From a virus (lineage: Duplodnaviria > Caudoviricetes): a stretch of DNA of 64,000 nucleotides. How positions within the stretch are numbered: position 1 is the first letter of the stretch; the number at the start of each line of letters is the position of its first letter. The translations under genes were made by a program, and so were the position numbers. Below are positions 10,125 through 19,036 of this stretch, in pieces. The notes under the pieces were generated by a model that worked only from the letters and a program-made list of their open reading frames with translations, searched no databases and was not told where the DNA came from. The stretch lies in IMG/VR virus record IMGVR_UViG_3300001598_000001, positions 1-64,000 of that record. One strand, given 5' to 3'.

Positions 10125-10409
10125 ATGGCTACAAAAACTACAGAAACAACAAATAATTCACCACAAATTATAAATGACAACCACGAACAGTATTTTGTGG
10201 TTTTATATAGAAAAAATAAGGTAATAGAATTAAAACCTTATGACTCTAAAGAAAAATGTTTAGAAATATTAAACAAACTTCAAAACAATAAAGAACTATT
10301 TGCATTAGTTGAAGCTACTACTATTATTAAGCGTGATATGAGTAATTTCAAGGAAGGTTATATCTTTGGTTGTCCAAAAACTTATAACGTCTGTAAAAGT
10401 AAAAAATAA
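10125..10409 (+). CDS. hypothetical protein
   Basis: ORF with RBS. Confidence 0.7.
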   Translation: MATKTTETTNNSPQIINDNHEQYFVVLYRKNKVIELKPYDSKEKCLEILNKLQNNKELFALVEATTIIKRDMSNFKEGYIFGCPKTYNVCKSKK

Positions 10410-10524
10410 AAAATGGGATCCAGAAACTCTTTAATAATTTATTTAATATAAATTATTACATATAGTTAAAAAAGCTCTCTACGGGGCTAAAAATGCGTAT
10501 TACGAGCATTGTAGGAGGAAAGAT

Positions 10525-10824
10525 ATGAGTAGATCTTATAAGAAAACACCAGTTATAAAAGATAATGGACAAAGTAAAAAGAAAAACAAACAATTAGCCA
10601 ATCGTAAGGTTAGACGAAAATTAAAAGATATTAATTATGAATGTAGTCAAAATGGTGGTTATCAAAAAATTGTAAATAGCTGGGACATTGCTGATTACGT
10701 AAAGTATTGGTCTAAAGATGAAGCGATTCAACAGTGGAAGGAAAATCAATATGATTTACAAAAAAGATATTCTACTCTAGAATCGTGGTTATTATATTGG
10801 GAAAAAATTGTTAAGCGCAAATAA
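10525..10824 (+). CDS. Basic conserved phage hypothetical protein
   Basis: MSRSYKKTP..ANRKVRR..SWDIADY; GGAGG RBS. Confidence 0.75.
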   Translation: MSRSYKKTPVIKDNGQSKKKNKQLANRKVRRKLKDINYECSQNGGYQKIVNSWDIADYVKYWSKDEAIQQWKENQYDLQKRYSTLESWLLYWEKIVKRK

Positions 10825-10825
10825 T

Positions 10826-10854
10826 TTGCTTTTTGTGTTTATTCCCATTATAAT
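10826..10854 (+). promoter_or_regulatory. CCCAT-type promoter
   Basis: TTGCTT-17bp(..TTCCCAT)-TATAAT. Confidence 0.75.
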
Positions 10855-10877
10855 AATTAATAAGGAGGATGTTCATT

Positions 10878-11186
10878 ATGGAACACAACACTGAGTTTGA
10901 TAAAAAATATCAGGTTATATTTGTAGATGAATATAATAATTGGTTTGAAGTTGGTTAGTTTAACGATCTAAGAGAAGCAGAACCACAAATCAATGAATAT
11001 TTAAGAGACTATAAATTAGCACCTGAAGATGAAATGGATCCTGAAGGTACACCTAGATTCGGTGATGGTCCAGAAGATAACCAAGGAATCTTAAAAGAAT
11101 ACCCAGGAACGTTTGGTCCAGTATTTGACAGAATGATTGATGTCGAGGAAGGATATCTTCAAATTAGGGGTTTTGTTAGATATTAA
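10878..11186 (+). pseudogene. 102-codon acidic-protein gene with one internal TAG (10956)
   Basis: Promoter and AGGAGG RBS; MEHNTEF..FEVG[TAG]FNDLRE..GFVRY-TAA; frame open on both sides of the TAG. Confidence 0.65.
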
Positions 11187-11362
11187 ATATATACTTATAA
11201 ATACCCTAAAAATGCTCAATAAAATAACCATTTTATTCGGCATTAACAAAACATTGTTATATTTGCATCGTATTTAACTTAAATTATGATAAATACTGAA
11301 ATGCATTTACATATCAACACACATATAAATATACGCTTAAATGCACAGGAGGAAATAACATT

Positions 11363-11572
11363 ATGGCAAGTGTAACAGACAACAAGGTTTTAGATGAAGT
11401 TGAAGAAACTGTAGAAATTTCTATTGAAGATAAGAAAACTTTAGAAGATATTTTAAAAGCTTTTAAATTATTAAAGAACGCTGGTTTTGATTTTAGAAAA
11501 TCTTTAACAACTACAGAATTAGAAGTCACTAAAGCATATATGGCATTAATAATGAATGATTTGATAAAATAG
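11363..11572 (+). CDS. hypothetical protein
   Basis: GGAGG RBS. Confidence 0.7.
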   Translation: MASVTDNKVLDEVEETVEISIEDKKTLEDILKAFKLLKNAGFDFRKSLTTTELEVTKAYMALIMNDLIK

Positions 11573-11583
11573 GAGAAGATTAA

Positions 11584-12024
11584 ATGGATACATATATTAA
11601 ATTTGATAATATAGATTTTTCACAATATCACCCAGGAAGATTAGAAGTTTTTTATCGTGATCTTGGAATTATGGATGTTTTAGAAAAAGCTGTAACTAAA
11701 GAAAAATTAGATCCACATTTAATTTGTGGAGCAGATCACATTTGTGCAAATCATAAAACTGTTGAAAAGATGAAGCAAATGATTATAGATACTTGGAAAT
11801 ATTATAGTATTGATAAAATGAGTGGAACTTATAAAAATCCTAATAAAGAATATGTAAGACATAAAAAAGCTTCTGGATTATCTAAAAATGATGAAGATAA
11901 AATCAGTTTTAATTTCTTAAATTGGGGACCTTATGAAAATAGTGGTATGCCTGACAACTCAATTTGGGTTAATTGTAATTTTGACAAAGAAAAAGAACAA
12001 CAATCAAAAATAGGAGAAAAATAA
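11584..12024 (+). CDS. hypothetical protein
   Basis: ORF with RBS. Confidence 0.75.
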   Translation: MDTYIKFDNIDFSQYHPGRLEVFYRDLGIMDVLEKAVTKEKLDPHLICGADHICANHKTVEKMKQMIIDTWKYYSIDKMSGTYKNPNKEYVRHKKASGLSKNDEDKISFNFLNWGPYENSGMPDNSIWVNCNFDKEKEQQSKIGEK

Positions 12025-12031
12025 AAGATTT

Positions 12032-12487
12032 ATGGGATTAGATGCAGGATTTAAAACTCAACAAGGACAAAGATTATTTTATTTTCGTAAATTTTATGAA
12101 TTAGATGATTATATTTGTCACACTTGTAAAATTGGTAAACATTTAGTTTTAGATGATAGTGGGACAGAAATTCCCAACGAAGGTTATGAATATATAGTTC
12201 CAAAAACATTTTGGGATAAAGTTTATAAAGAACTTAAACCTTTTTATTTAACTATTAATAAATATTCTGATAGAGTTATAGATGCACTTGATGAAGGTGA
12301 AGACAATGGAGAAGTTGAGAAAAAAGATATAAGCATTATTCAAGACTGTTTATATAACTTAGACTCTGACTTTGATGATGTACGTTCTTCTTTCTTCTTA
12401 TTTAAATGTAGAAGATTATATGAATTTGCTGCATTTATGATAGAGAGTGAAATTGAAGAAGATATAATTTATTGGAGAAGTTATTAA
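12032..12487 (+). CDS. hypothetical phage protein (MGLD..YFRK type)
   Basis: ORF with RBS. Confidence 0.75.
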   Translation: MGLDAGFKTQQGQRLFYFRKFYELDDYICHTCKIGKHLVLDDSGTEIPNEGYEYIVPKTFWDKVYKELKPFYLTINKYSDRVIDALDEGEDNGEVEKKDISIIQDCLYNLDSDFDDVRSSFFLFKCRRLYEFAAFMIESEIEEDIIYWRSY

Positions 12488-12488
12488 T

Positions 12489-12974
12489 ATGGGAATGAAT
12501 TATTTTTTACAAGAAAAGGATAAAAAACCTTTTGTTATTCCTTATTCTGGAGTCGGGCACAACCTAGAATTAATTTGTGTCGGACAAAAACTATTAAACC
12601 AACCATCTGTAGAAATAGATGTAAATAAATGTGTATGTGAGATAGAAAAATTACATATTGGTAAAAGTAGTGCTGGATGGAAATTTCTTTTATGCATTTA
12701 TCCTTGTTTACAATTATATTCTTTAAAGGATTGGGAAAATATGTTTAACAATGAAAATTTTGTTATTGTTGATGAAGAAGACCAAATTATTCCTCCTTTA
12801 CAAATGATGAGTATAATTTCTAAACGTGCACCAGCAGATAAACTCGAAGCACATAAATCACAACTATTTGATCCAAGAGATCAAGAAGGAATGGAAAAAT
12901 TTCGTCCAGTAATAGTAACTTCTTTTACTACAGACGGAACATATGATTTAACATTGGAGTGGGATTTTGATTAA
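12489..12974 (+). CDS. hypothetical phage protein
   Basis: LHIGKSSAGWKF motif. Confidence 0.75.
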   Translation: MGMNYFLQEKDKKPFVIPYSGVGHNLELICVGQKLLNQPSVEIDVNKCVCEIEKLHIGKSSAGWKFLLCIYPCLQLYSLKDWENMFNNENFVIVDEEDQIIPPLQMMSIISKRAPADKLEAHKSQLFDPRDQEGMEKFRPVIVTSFTTDGTYDLTLEWDFD

Positions 12975-12975
12975 A

Positions 12976-13518
12976 ATGAAAACAGACGATTATGAATATG
13001 AACAATATTATGACTATGATGAGTGTGACGATTATGGGTTTGAAAAACTAAAACATAACGCAAAACCAAAGCGTAAAGGTCATCAAAGTAAACATCAAGG
13101 AAATAAAAATAAATGGAACTATGATAATGATGATTTATACAGTATACCAACAATACCCGTAACCACTCAACATTATGTTAAACCAAAAGAGATAAAGCCA
13201 AAAGAAGTATTTACGCCTGTTGCAAATAACATGACAAATACAAATAATGTTAGTGTAAATGCAACAACAAATACATCAACAAAAACTTTTACACCAGGAC
13301 CAAACAGTCATACTATTAAAAATGTTATTATCGATTTCGATCGTGTTATTAATATGGAAAAGGTATCTGGTCAACATAATAACATCATGACATATGGTAT
13401 CAAATTTTATTTTAAAAGTAAAAACAACACCTGTCGTATTATTTGGTTTAACCGTAATGAACGTGAACGTGACAACACTTTCAATACCGAATATGGTTAT
13501 TGGAAAACATTATCTTAG
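12976..13518 (+). CDS. hypothetical protein, low-complexity N-terminus
   Basis: ORF. Confidence 0.7.
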   Translation: MKTDDYEYEQYYDYDECDDYGFEKLKHNAKPKRKGHQSKHQGNKNKWNYDNDDLYSIPTIPVTTQHYVKPKEIKPKEVFTPVANNMTNTNNVSVNATTNTSTKTFTPGPNSHTIKNVIIDFDRVINMEKVSGQHNNIMTYGIKFYFKSKNNTCRIIWFNRNERERDNTFNTEYGYWKTLS

Positions 13519-13532
13519 GAGGTCATAAAGAA

Positions 13533-14276
13533 ATGATCAGAGTAACAAAAGAATTATTAAAAGACGGTTCTGTAGCTCCAACGGTAGATACCAAAAAAGA
13601 TACTACCACTAAGACCGTTACAACACAAAATACAACTCCTACCACACCAACGTCAGAGCCTTATAGTAAGAAGAAGAAAGTCTGGTTCAGCATTTTGTTC
13701 TGGTTCTTAAACTTAACATGGGGCGCCATTCTTACAATCCCAGGATTACTCATTACAGGGTTCTTAATCTTGATTGGTAAACCTGCTTACAAGAACGGAT
13801 GTAGCTATTATGTTGTTGTTGGAGGCAACTGGGGCGGAGCTGAAATCGGAGCTGTTTCTATCATTGGCGATTATCGTAAGAGTAGTTATTTAGCTCACAT
13901 TAGGAAGCACGAATTTGGACACAGTGTTCAACAAATGCTCTTAGGTCCTTTCCAAATTTTCTTAGTCTTCATACCTTCAGCTATTCGTTATTGGTATGAT
14001 AGATTGGATACCAAGCATGCTGCTGAAAGAGGTGTCGACTGGTATGACAGCATCTGGTTTGAAGGCACTGCAACTAAGTGGGGAACCATTTGGGTTGATC
14101 GCTTAGAAGGTGACAAAGTTAATACACTTAGACCACTTTGTGAGGGCAGAGACAAGAAACAAAACATCTCAAAACAACTTATAAACTTGTCTCAACAAAT
14201 CGCGTCACTCGAGCCAGAGACCTATGATATCTCACCAGAGAATCATGATCAAGACACAGACAAAATAACAAAATAA
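13533..14276 (+). CDS. Membrane protein with HExxH motif (putative zinc metallopeptidase)
   Basis: TM segments, KHEFGH, downstream WFE; AGGAGG RBS before ATG 13533. Confidence 0.7.
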   Translation: MIRVTKELLKDGSVAPTVDTKKDTTTKTVTTQNTTPTTPTSEPYSKKKKVWFSILFWFLNLTWGAILTIPGLLITGFLILIGKPAYKNGCSYYVVVGGNWGGAEIGAVSIIGDYRKSSYLAHIRKHEFGHSVQQMLLGPFQIFLVFIPSAIRYWYDRLDTKHAAERGVDWYDSIWFEGTATKWGTIWVDRLEGDKVNTLRPLCEGRDKKQNISKQLINLSQQIASLEPETYDISPENHDQDTDKITK

Positions 14277-14286
14277 TTTGTAAAAG

Positions 14287-14316
14287 AGCGTATCTATACG
14301 GATGCGTCCTTTTTTT
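14287..14316 (+). terminator. Intrinsic terminator
   Basis: GCGTATC/GATGCGT stem followed by a long T run. Confidence 0.6.
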
Positions 14317-14333
14317 ATTTTTTTCTTTATCTA

Positions 14334-15050
14334 CGCGTAAGGGATGTAGAGCTCCATGCCGCTAGGCGTGGTATTGCTGTACATCCCGCTACGCGGTCTT
14401 ACGCGACACTTCATCAATACCTTTGGAAAAACAAAAATCAAAAACTTCCCACCGTTAAAATGCGAATCTTCTGCGGTTTATATTTCTTTCTTTTTATTAT
14501 ATATATTTATATATATAATATTTCTTTCTTCTTTTATGTTACTTTTCTTCTTTCTTTTTCTTTCTTTATAAGGGGGATCTTCTAGAGCACGCGCACGCGC
14601 GCGAGGAAAATTTGTAAAAAAAGGGGTTATATGGAGCCTGCGGCAACATACTTATAGTCCCCCTACTTATTATAATAAAGATCCAAAGGAGCCTGCGGCA
14701 ACACTACATCAGATCGGGTATAAAATAAAAACAATATAATAAGAACATAACCGATAGGGTATAATAGGAGTAGTATAAATTAACTAAAAACATAGTCGTA
14801 AAATTAGGTTAAAAAATAATCTAATAAAGAAGGATCAGGAAACAAGAAAAGAGTCAAGTTAAAGGAAAAGAAAAGTGATAGATAAAGATGGTAGATAAAG
14901 GGGAGATAAATTGGTAGGTAGAATTAGGTGAAAGGGGATATAAGATAAGATCCAGGACAAGATCCAGGACAGGTCAGAGCACAGTATATAACATTAGTAC
15001 CTACGCACGCGCACGCGCACACGTAACGCACGCACGTATTATACGCGAGA
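14334..15050. other. Non-coding structured region, candidate replication origin
   Basis: GC-rich branched hairpin 14334-14405; pyrimidine tract 14480-14568; direct repeats GGAGCCTGCGGCAACA (14633, 14688) and AGATCCAGGACA x2; (GCAC/GC)n tracts. Confidence 0.4.
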
Positions 15051-15112
15051 AAGGAGGGTGAGAGAAAAAGAGGGAATAGGAGGAAAGAGCCTGGCCCCCC
15101 TCTCTCCTGAAC

Positions 15113-15141
15113 TTGACTTCCTCCCCCATACCCATTATAAT
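15113..15141 (+). promoter_or_regulatory. CCCAT-type promoter
   Basis: TTGACT-17bp(..TACCCAT)-TATAAT. Confidence 0.8.
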
Positions 15142-15164
15142 ATATATAGGAGGATATTATATAT

Positions 15165-15728
15165 ATGCAACGTATACAACAATATCATGAATATACTACC
15201 CATGAGTATGGCCGCGCTTCTGTCCACGGAGTCGCTATCCAGATCAGTGAATTTTTAGAAGCTCATCCTAACATGCGTGTAGCCTCTGTTACCTCTCTTG
15301 GCGAGGCCTCTGTTTTAGTGGTCTACGACGAGGTGACCCCTTCCGCTAAAGCGGCTTGTTCAAGTGAGTTAGAGAAGGTGTCAGATCATCCAGCTGTAAC
15401 TGTCGCTGATGACACCACCGCTGTAGATCTTTCGACCTGCTATGGTAAAGATGATGGAACCATTTTAGTAAGTGATACCGCCGATGTTACCGATACTACC
15501 GATGCGACATATCTATCCTTTGGTGGAGAACCAATTAGCGTTGCTCAAGCTGGCGCAATCATGAAACATCTTGTTAATGGTGATATTATTGATGACCCTC
15601 GTGATCCTAAAGATAGAGAGGTTGTCGATCATTCAGGAGCGACTAAGAAAAATGCTGCCGATTGGATAGCTCACCATCGTGCTGTATTAGAAAAAAAGAA
15701 AAAAGCAATTTTAGAAAAGGAACAATAA
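15165..15728 (+). CDS. hypothetical protein
   Basis: GGAGG RBS, 187 aa. Confidence 0.7.
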   Translation: MQRIQQYHEYTTHEYGRASVHGVAIQISEFLEAHPNMRVASVTSLGEASVLVVYDEVTPSAKAACSSELEKVSDHPAVTVADDTTAVDLSTCYGKDDGTILVSDTADVTDTTDATYLSFGGEPISVAQAGAIMKHLVNGDIIDDPRDPKDREVVDHSGATKKNAADWIAHHRAVLEKKKKAILEKEQ

Positions 15729-15734
15729 AAAATT

Positions 15735-16130
15735 ATGATCAGTAAACAAACTTTTATTGAAGGTATCGATCTTATCGTTTGGGGGCTAAGGTCTGAAGAA
15801 AAATTTTGTGACTGTTTAGAAAAGCTTAGCGATGACGCTGGTTACTGTGACGCGTTTATTTATAATCGTCATAATAACATGATCGAAAAGCTAATGGTCT
15901 GTGGTATGGGTGAAGATAGCCCAGACGAAAGTGTTGTAGAAAAAATAGCTGACACTATTGAGTGGTGGATCTACGATACCGAGTGTGGAAAATCTCATGC
16001 CTGTATTTACAACCCAGACACAGAAGAAGTAGAAGTAGAAATTAAAGACGCGGGAATACTTTATGATTACTTGGTCAAAGAATACAACCTTCCTGTCTTT
16101 CTAAATAAAACAAGTAAAAAGAAAAAATAG
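15735..16130 (+). CDS. hypothetical phage protein
   Basis: IEWWIYDTECG..LYDYL. Confidence 0.75.
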   Translation: MISKQTFIEGIDLIVWGLRSEEKFCDCLEKLSDDAGYCDAFIYNRHNNMIEKLMVCGMGEDSPDESVVEKIADTIEWWIYDTECGKSHACIYNPDTEEVEVEIKDAGILYDYLVKEYNLPVFLNKTSKKKK

Positions 16131-16144
16131 GAGGATTGAATTCT

Positions 16145-16267
16145 ATGGTAAGTTTAACAGGTGTGGTCGGTTTAGCCATGGGCTTTTTAATTACCATGGC
16201 CATTTCTCTCGCAAGAAAGAAAGCAAAGAAAACAAAGAAAACAAAGAAGACCCAAGCGAATATTTAG
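16145..16267 (+). CDS. Small membrane peptide (40 aa)
   Basis: GGAGG RBS; one TM followed by a Lys-rich tail. Confidence 0.55.
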   Translation: MVSLTGVVGLAMGFLITMAISLARKKAKKTKKTKKTQANI

Positions 16268-16407
16268 CAGCTAAAAATAAAGCTCTAGGGGTTCATGTCA
16301 TAATTGGTGGCGTCTGTGATTTTGCAGCTACTATCATGACTATTATTTTATGTCTTAAAATTATTTTTGGTTAATTGAAACTAACAACCAAAGGAGAAAC
16401 AAAAAAT

Positions 16408-16833
16408 ATGTGTATTAAATTTTTAAAGAAAATATTTGGCTGTAAAAAGAACGGGGGCGGATCATCTAAAGAAAATATTACCCCCGCTCCAATAATAACA
16501 GACGAAGAAAAAGAAAGTCATACTTTAGAAGTTAAAGAAGAAGATTATATCTCTCCTATCCCTCCTATCGTTTTAACAGAAGATAGTGAAGGAGCCGAGG
16601 TAGACGATGTCAACGACGGAAGCGTTAACGCCAGCTTTACAGGATTTGAAACAAGCATCCCTGGAACTTATACGATCGAAGTAGATATCGATGGAGATGC
16701 CGTTACAGATCAAACATATACAGTTACAGCAGAACAGATTAGTAAAACTGATGTAGATTCTTATAATGTTGACTATAATGGTGATGCTGTTGCAGACGCA
16801 GTAATTAAAGTTCAAAAAAAGAAAAGAAAATAA
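16408..16833 (+). CDS. Acidic hypothetical protein with two DxxGD motifs
   Basis: AGGAG RBS; DIDGDAVTD and DYNGDAVAD. Confidence 0.65.
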   Translation: MCIKFLKKIFGCKKNGGGSSKENITPAPIITDEEKESHTLEVKEEDYISPIPPIVLTEDSEGAEVDDVNDGSVNASFTGFETSIPGTYTIEVDIDGDAVTDQTYTVTAEQISKTDVDSYNVDYNGDAVADAVIKVQKKKRK

Positions 16834-16848
16834 AACAATGGGATAAAT

Positions 16849-16877
16849 TTGTAATAATAATAAATACCCATTATAAT
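16849..16877 (+). promoter_or_regulatory. CCCAT-type promoter with no downstream ORF
   Basis: TTGTAA-17bp(..TACCCAT)-TATAAT. Confidence 0.7.
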
Positions 16878-17321
16878 ATTAATAGAGAGTAGAGACGGCA
16901 AGGTGTCGAATTCTCTTTCTATGAAAAAGTAAAAACAACAATTCAATCTTTAAAGGCGAGTACGACTAAACTTAAAACGCTAATTATAAAATTAGTCATA
17001 ATAATCAAAGTAATTGTTGTTCATATCTTTATAGGTTAAATTTTTCATATTATTATCTCCTTTCTAAATATAAATAAAAGCAATAACTTCTTAGCTATTG
17101 CTCCTGGACATGGCCTTGCACGTGTTCAGGTTTTTTTTATGAAAAAAATTCCGCCCACACACTCCCCCCACCTCAGCGCATAAAAAAAAGAGGCCCCCGC
17201 CGAAAATAAAAAATAGGATCCTCTTCTTTTTTTAAAATTACAAAATAATTCCTATAAATACTTTTAAAATATAAATAAATATCTTATTAACTATAATTAA
17301 TTGTATTTAACCAACAATAAA

Positions 17322-17690
17322 TTATTTTGTTTTTTTCGCAACCTCGTTAATCTCTTTAGCTTCTTTGCTCTTTTCTAATTCGATATTAATTTGAGCTTGG
17401 ATGTCTTCTCCTATTTGGGCCATGCTGTTTCTTGCTTCGTCGCCAGCTCCACCGTTGGCTCCAGCGCTCTTAGCTTTACTAGCTGCTTCAGCTTTATCAG
17501 CAATGTCCATTAGGACGAACCACTTAATCATTTCTCCAACCATAATAGTAATGGTGTAGATGATCGCGGCCCCTATAGTTAGGACAGGTAAACCAAATAT
17601 AGCTCCAATTACCATTATAAAGAAAACAACCAAAGAATAAATTCTAAACATTGTTAGTTTAGTTGCTTTGCTTTTAGTAGGTTTTGCCAT
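17322..17690 (-). CDS. Two-TM membrane protein
   Basis: GGAGG RBS before ATG 17690; own promoter. Confidence 0.7.
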   Translation of the reverse strand: MAKPTKSKATKLTMFRIYSLVVFFIMVIGAIFGLPVLTIGAAIIYTITIMVGEMIKWFVLMDIADKAEAASKAKSAGANGGAGDEARNSMAQIGEDIQAQINIELEKSKEAKEINEVAKKTK

Positions 17691-17712
17691 CTTAATAAAA
17701 CCTCCTACTATT

Positions 17713-17741
17713 ATTATAATGGGAATCATTGTATTTTGCAA
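17713..17741 (-). promoter_or_regulatory. CCCAT-type promoter
   Basis: TTGCAA-17bp(..TTCCCAT)-TATAAT on the minus strand. Confidence 0.75.
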
Positions 17742-18186
17742 GCGGAACATAAAAAAGGGCCCGCCCAAGAAAATAAAAATAAGCCCCGCCAGGTATATAA
17801 AAAAAGATCTCCCCACATAATCAACCTCGAAATAAGAAAAAAGCGCCCTACGAGGCTAAAAACAAGGTCAGCGACAGAAATACTAATAATAGGTATATTC
17901 TTCTTTTGGATAAATAGCTTTTATTATATAGCAACGCAGTTATTTACCTACATAGTAGATAATTATTAAGAAATTATATACTATGCTGTAAAAAATGCCG
18001 TCGCCGTAGAAAAAAAATTTTTTTACCCGATAGGGAAAAAAAAGAGGGGCCCGATAAAAAATAAGGGGGTGGCTAATTAAAAAAAGGGGTGCGCAGCAGA
18101 AAAAAAAGGGGGGACCCCTAAAATAGTTTAACGTCGTCGCGGACGAAAAAGATTACTAATAATAATTACATGATTAGATTAAATAA

Positions 18187-18345
18187 TTACAAACCCAACC
18201 ACACAATTATCATCGGAATAAAAAGTAACGCAAGTATTCCAAATATTTGCATACCTTTATTATCAGGATAATTCCTTTTAATTTCGTGAACTCCTACATA
18301 ATAAAGCATACCGACTATAGCAAAAGTTAAAGCTACTAATCCCAT
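18187..18345 (-). CDS. Small membrane protein
   Basis: GGAGG RBS, two hydrophobic segments. Confidence 0.6.
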   Translation of the reverse strand: MGLVALTFAIVGMLYYVGVHEIKRNYPDNKGMQIFGILALLFIPMIIVWLGL

Positions 18346-18471
18346 ATTGTTTTCACCTCCTTGTACAATAATGTTTGACACTTTTTAAAATTTTCCATTT
18401 TGATGTAAATCATAAAGAAAAATCAAAAATGCAAGTAGTAAACAGAATGCCATTTATATTAATCCTCCTTT

Positions 18472-19035
18472 CTAAACCCTCTTCACTAACGCTAATGGTA
18501 ATATTGGTAAATATACCCATTCGGTTTTGTTACCAATTTTTACTTTAATTCTGTTTGTAGATCCTTCATATGCAGTATGATTAACAACATTAAGGTCTAT
18601 TCTATAATCAATTTGTTTTTCTAACATTTGTTTAACAGTAGACAACGAATATTTTTCTATCCATTGATAAGGAATAACTACTGATGATCTAATAGACAAC
18701 TGACCCAATATTTGATTAACAATATTTGGTTCTATTTTTATAGTAGTAAGTTTTTGTGATAAGTTTTTAATTTTTTGTTTCTCAAACAATTTTAACAAAT
18801 TACTTACATTTTGTAAATATGTAGAAGATAAAACTATTTTACCATTGGATGTACCCTGAGATAAAATATTATCAATTTGTGTATAATAGGTTTTAAAATT
18901 ACCTTTATTTAATTCATTAAAAACATTTTCTTCTTGTTGATCCCAAGAATATTTATTGTCATATGATAAATTATAATTATTTAAAATACGAACAATACTT
19001 GTAGGCAAAGTTTGATATACTTCACTTTCAGTCAT
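18472..19035 (-). CDS. hypothetical protein
   Basis: GGAGG RBS before MTESEV. Confidence 0.7.
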   Translation of the reverse strand: MTESEVYQTLPTSIVRILNNYNLSYDNKYSWDQQEENVFNELNKGNFKTYYTQIDNILSQGTSNGKIVLSSTYLQNVSNLLKLFEKQKIKNLSQKLTTIKIEPNIVNQILGQLSIRSSVVIPYQWIEKYSLSTVKQMLEKQIDYRIDLNVVNHTAYEGSTNRIKVKIGNKTEWVYLPILPLALVKRV

Positions 19036-19036
19036 A

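Larger units (their letters stand above)
17136..18150. repeat. Phased A-tract / GC-tract array flanking one gene
   Basis: Repeated A-run + GC-rich units; A tracts start at 18036, 18056, 18079, 18100, 18120. Confidence 0.6.

Noticed and set aside
10956-10958. Genome-wide TAG recoding
   Set aside because: Only one internal TAG was seen; TAG ends many genes cleanly (e.g. 2247, 5345, 13518).
14356-14571. 71-aa ORF, and also 17736-17969
   Set aside because: These translate hairpin, pyrimidine-tract or A-tract sequence and are better explained as non-coding elements.
14633-14703. Mini CRISPR array (two 16-bp repeats, 39-bp spacer)
   Set aside because: Only two short repeats, below normal repeat length, and no cas genes in the window.
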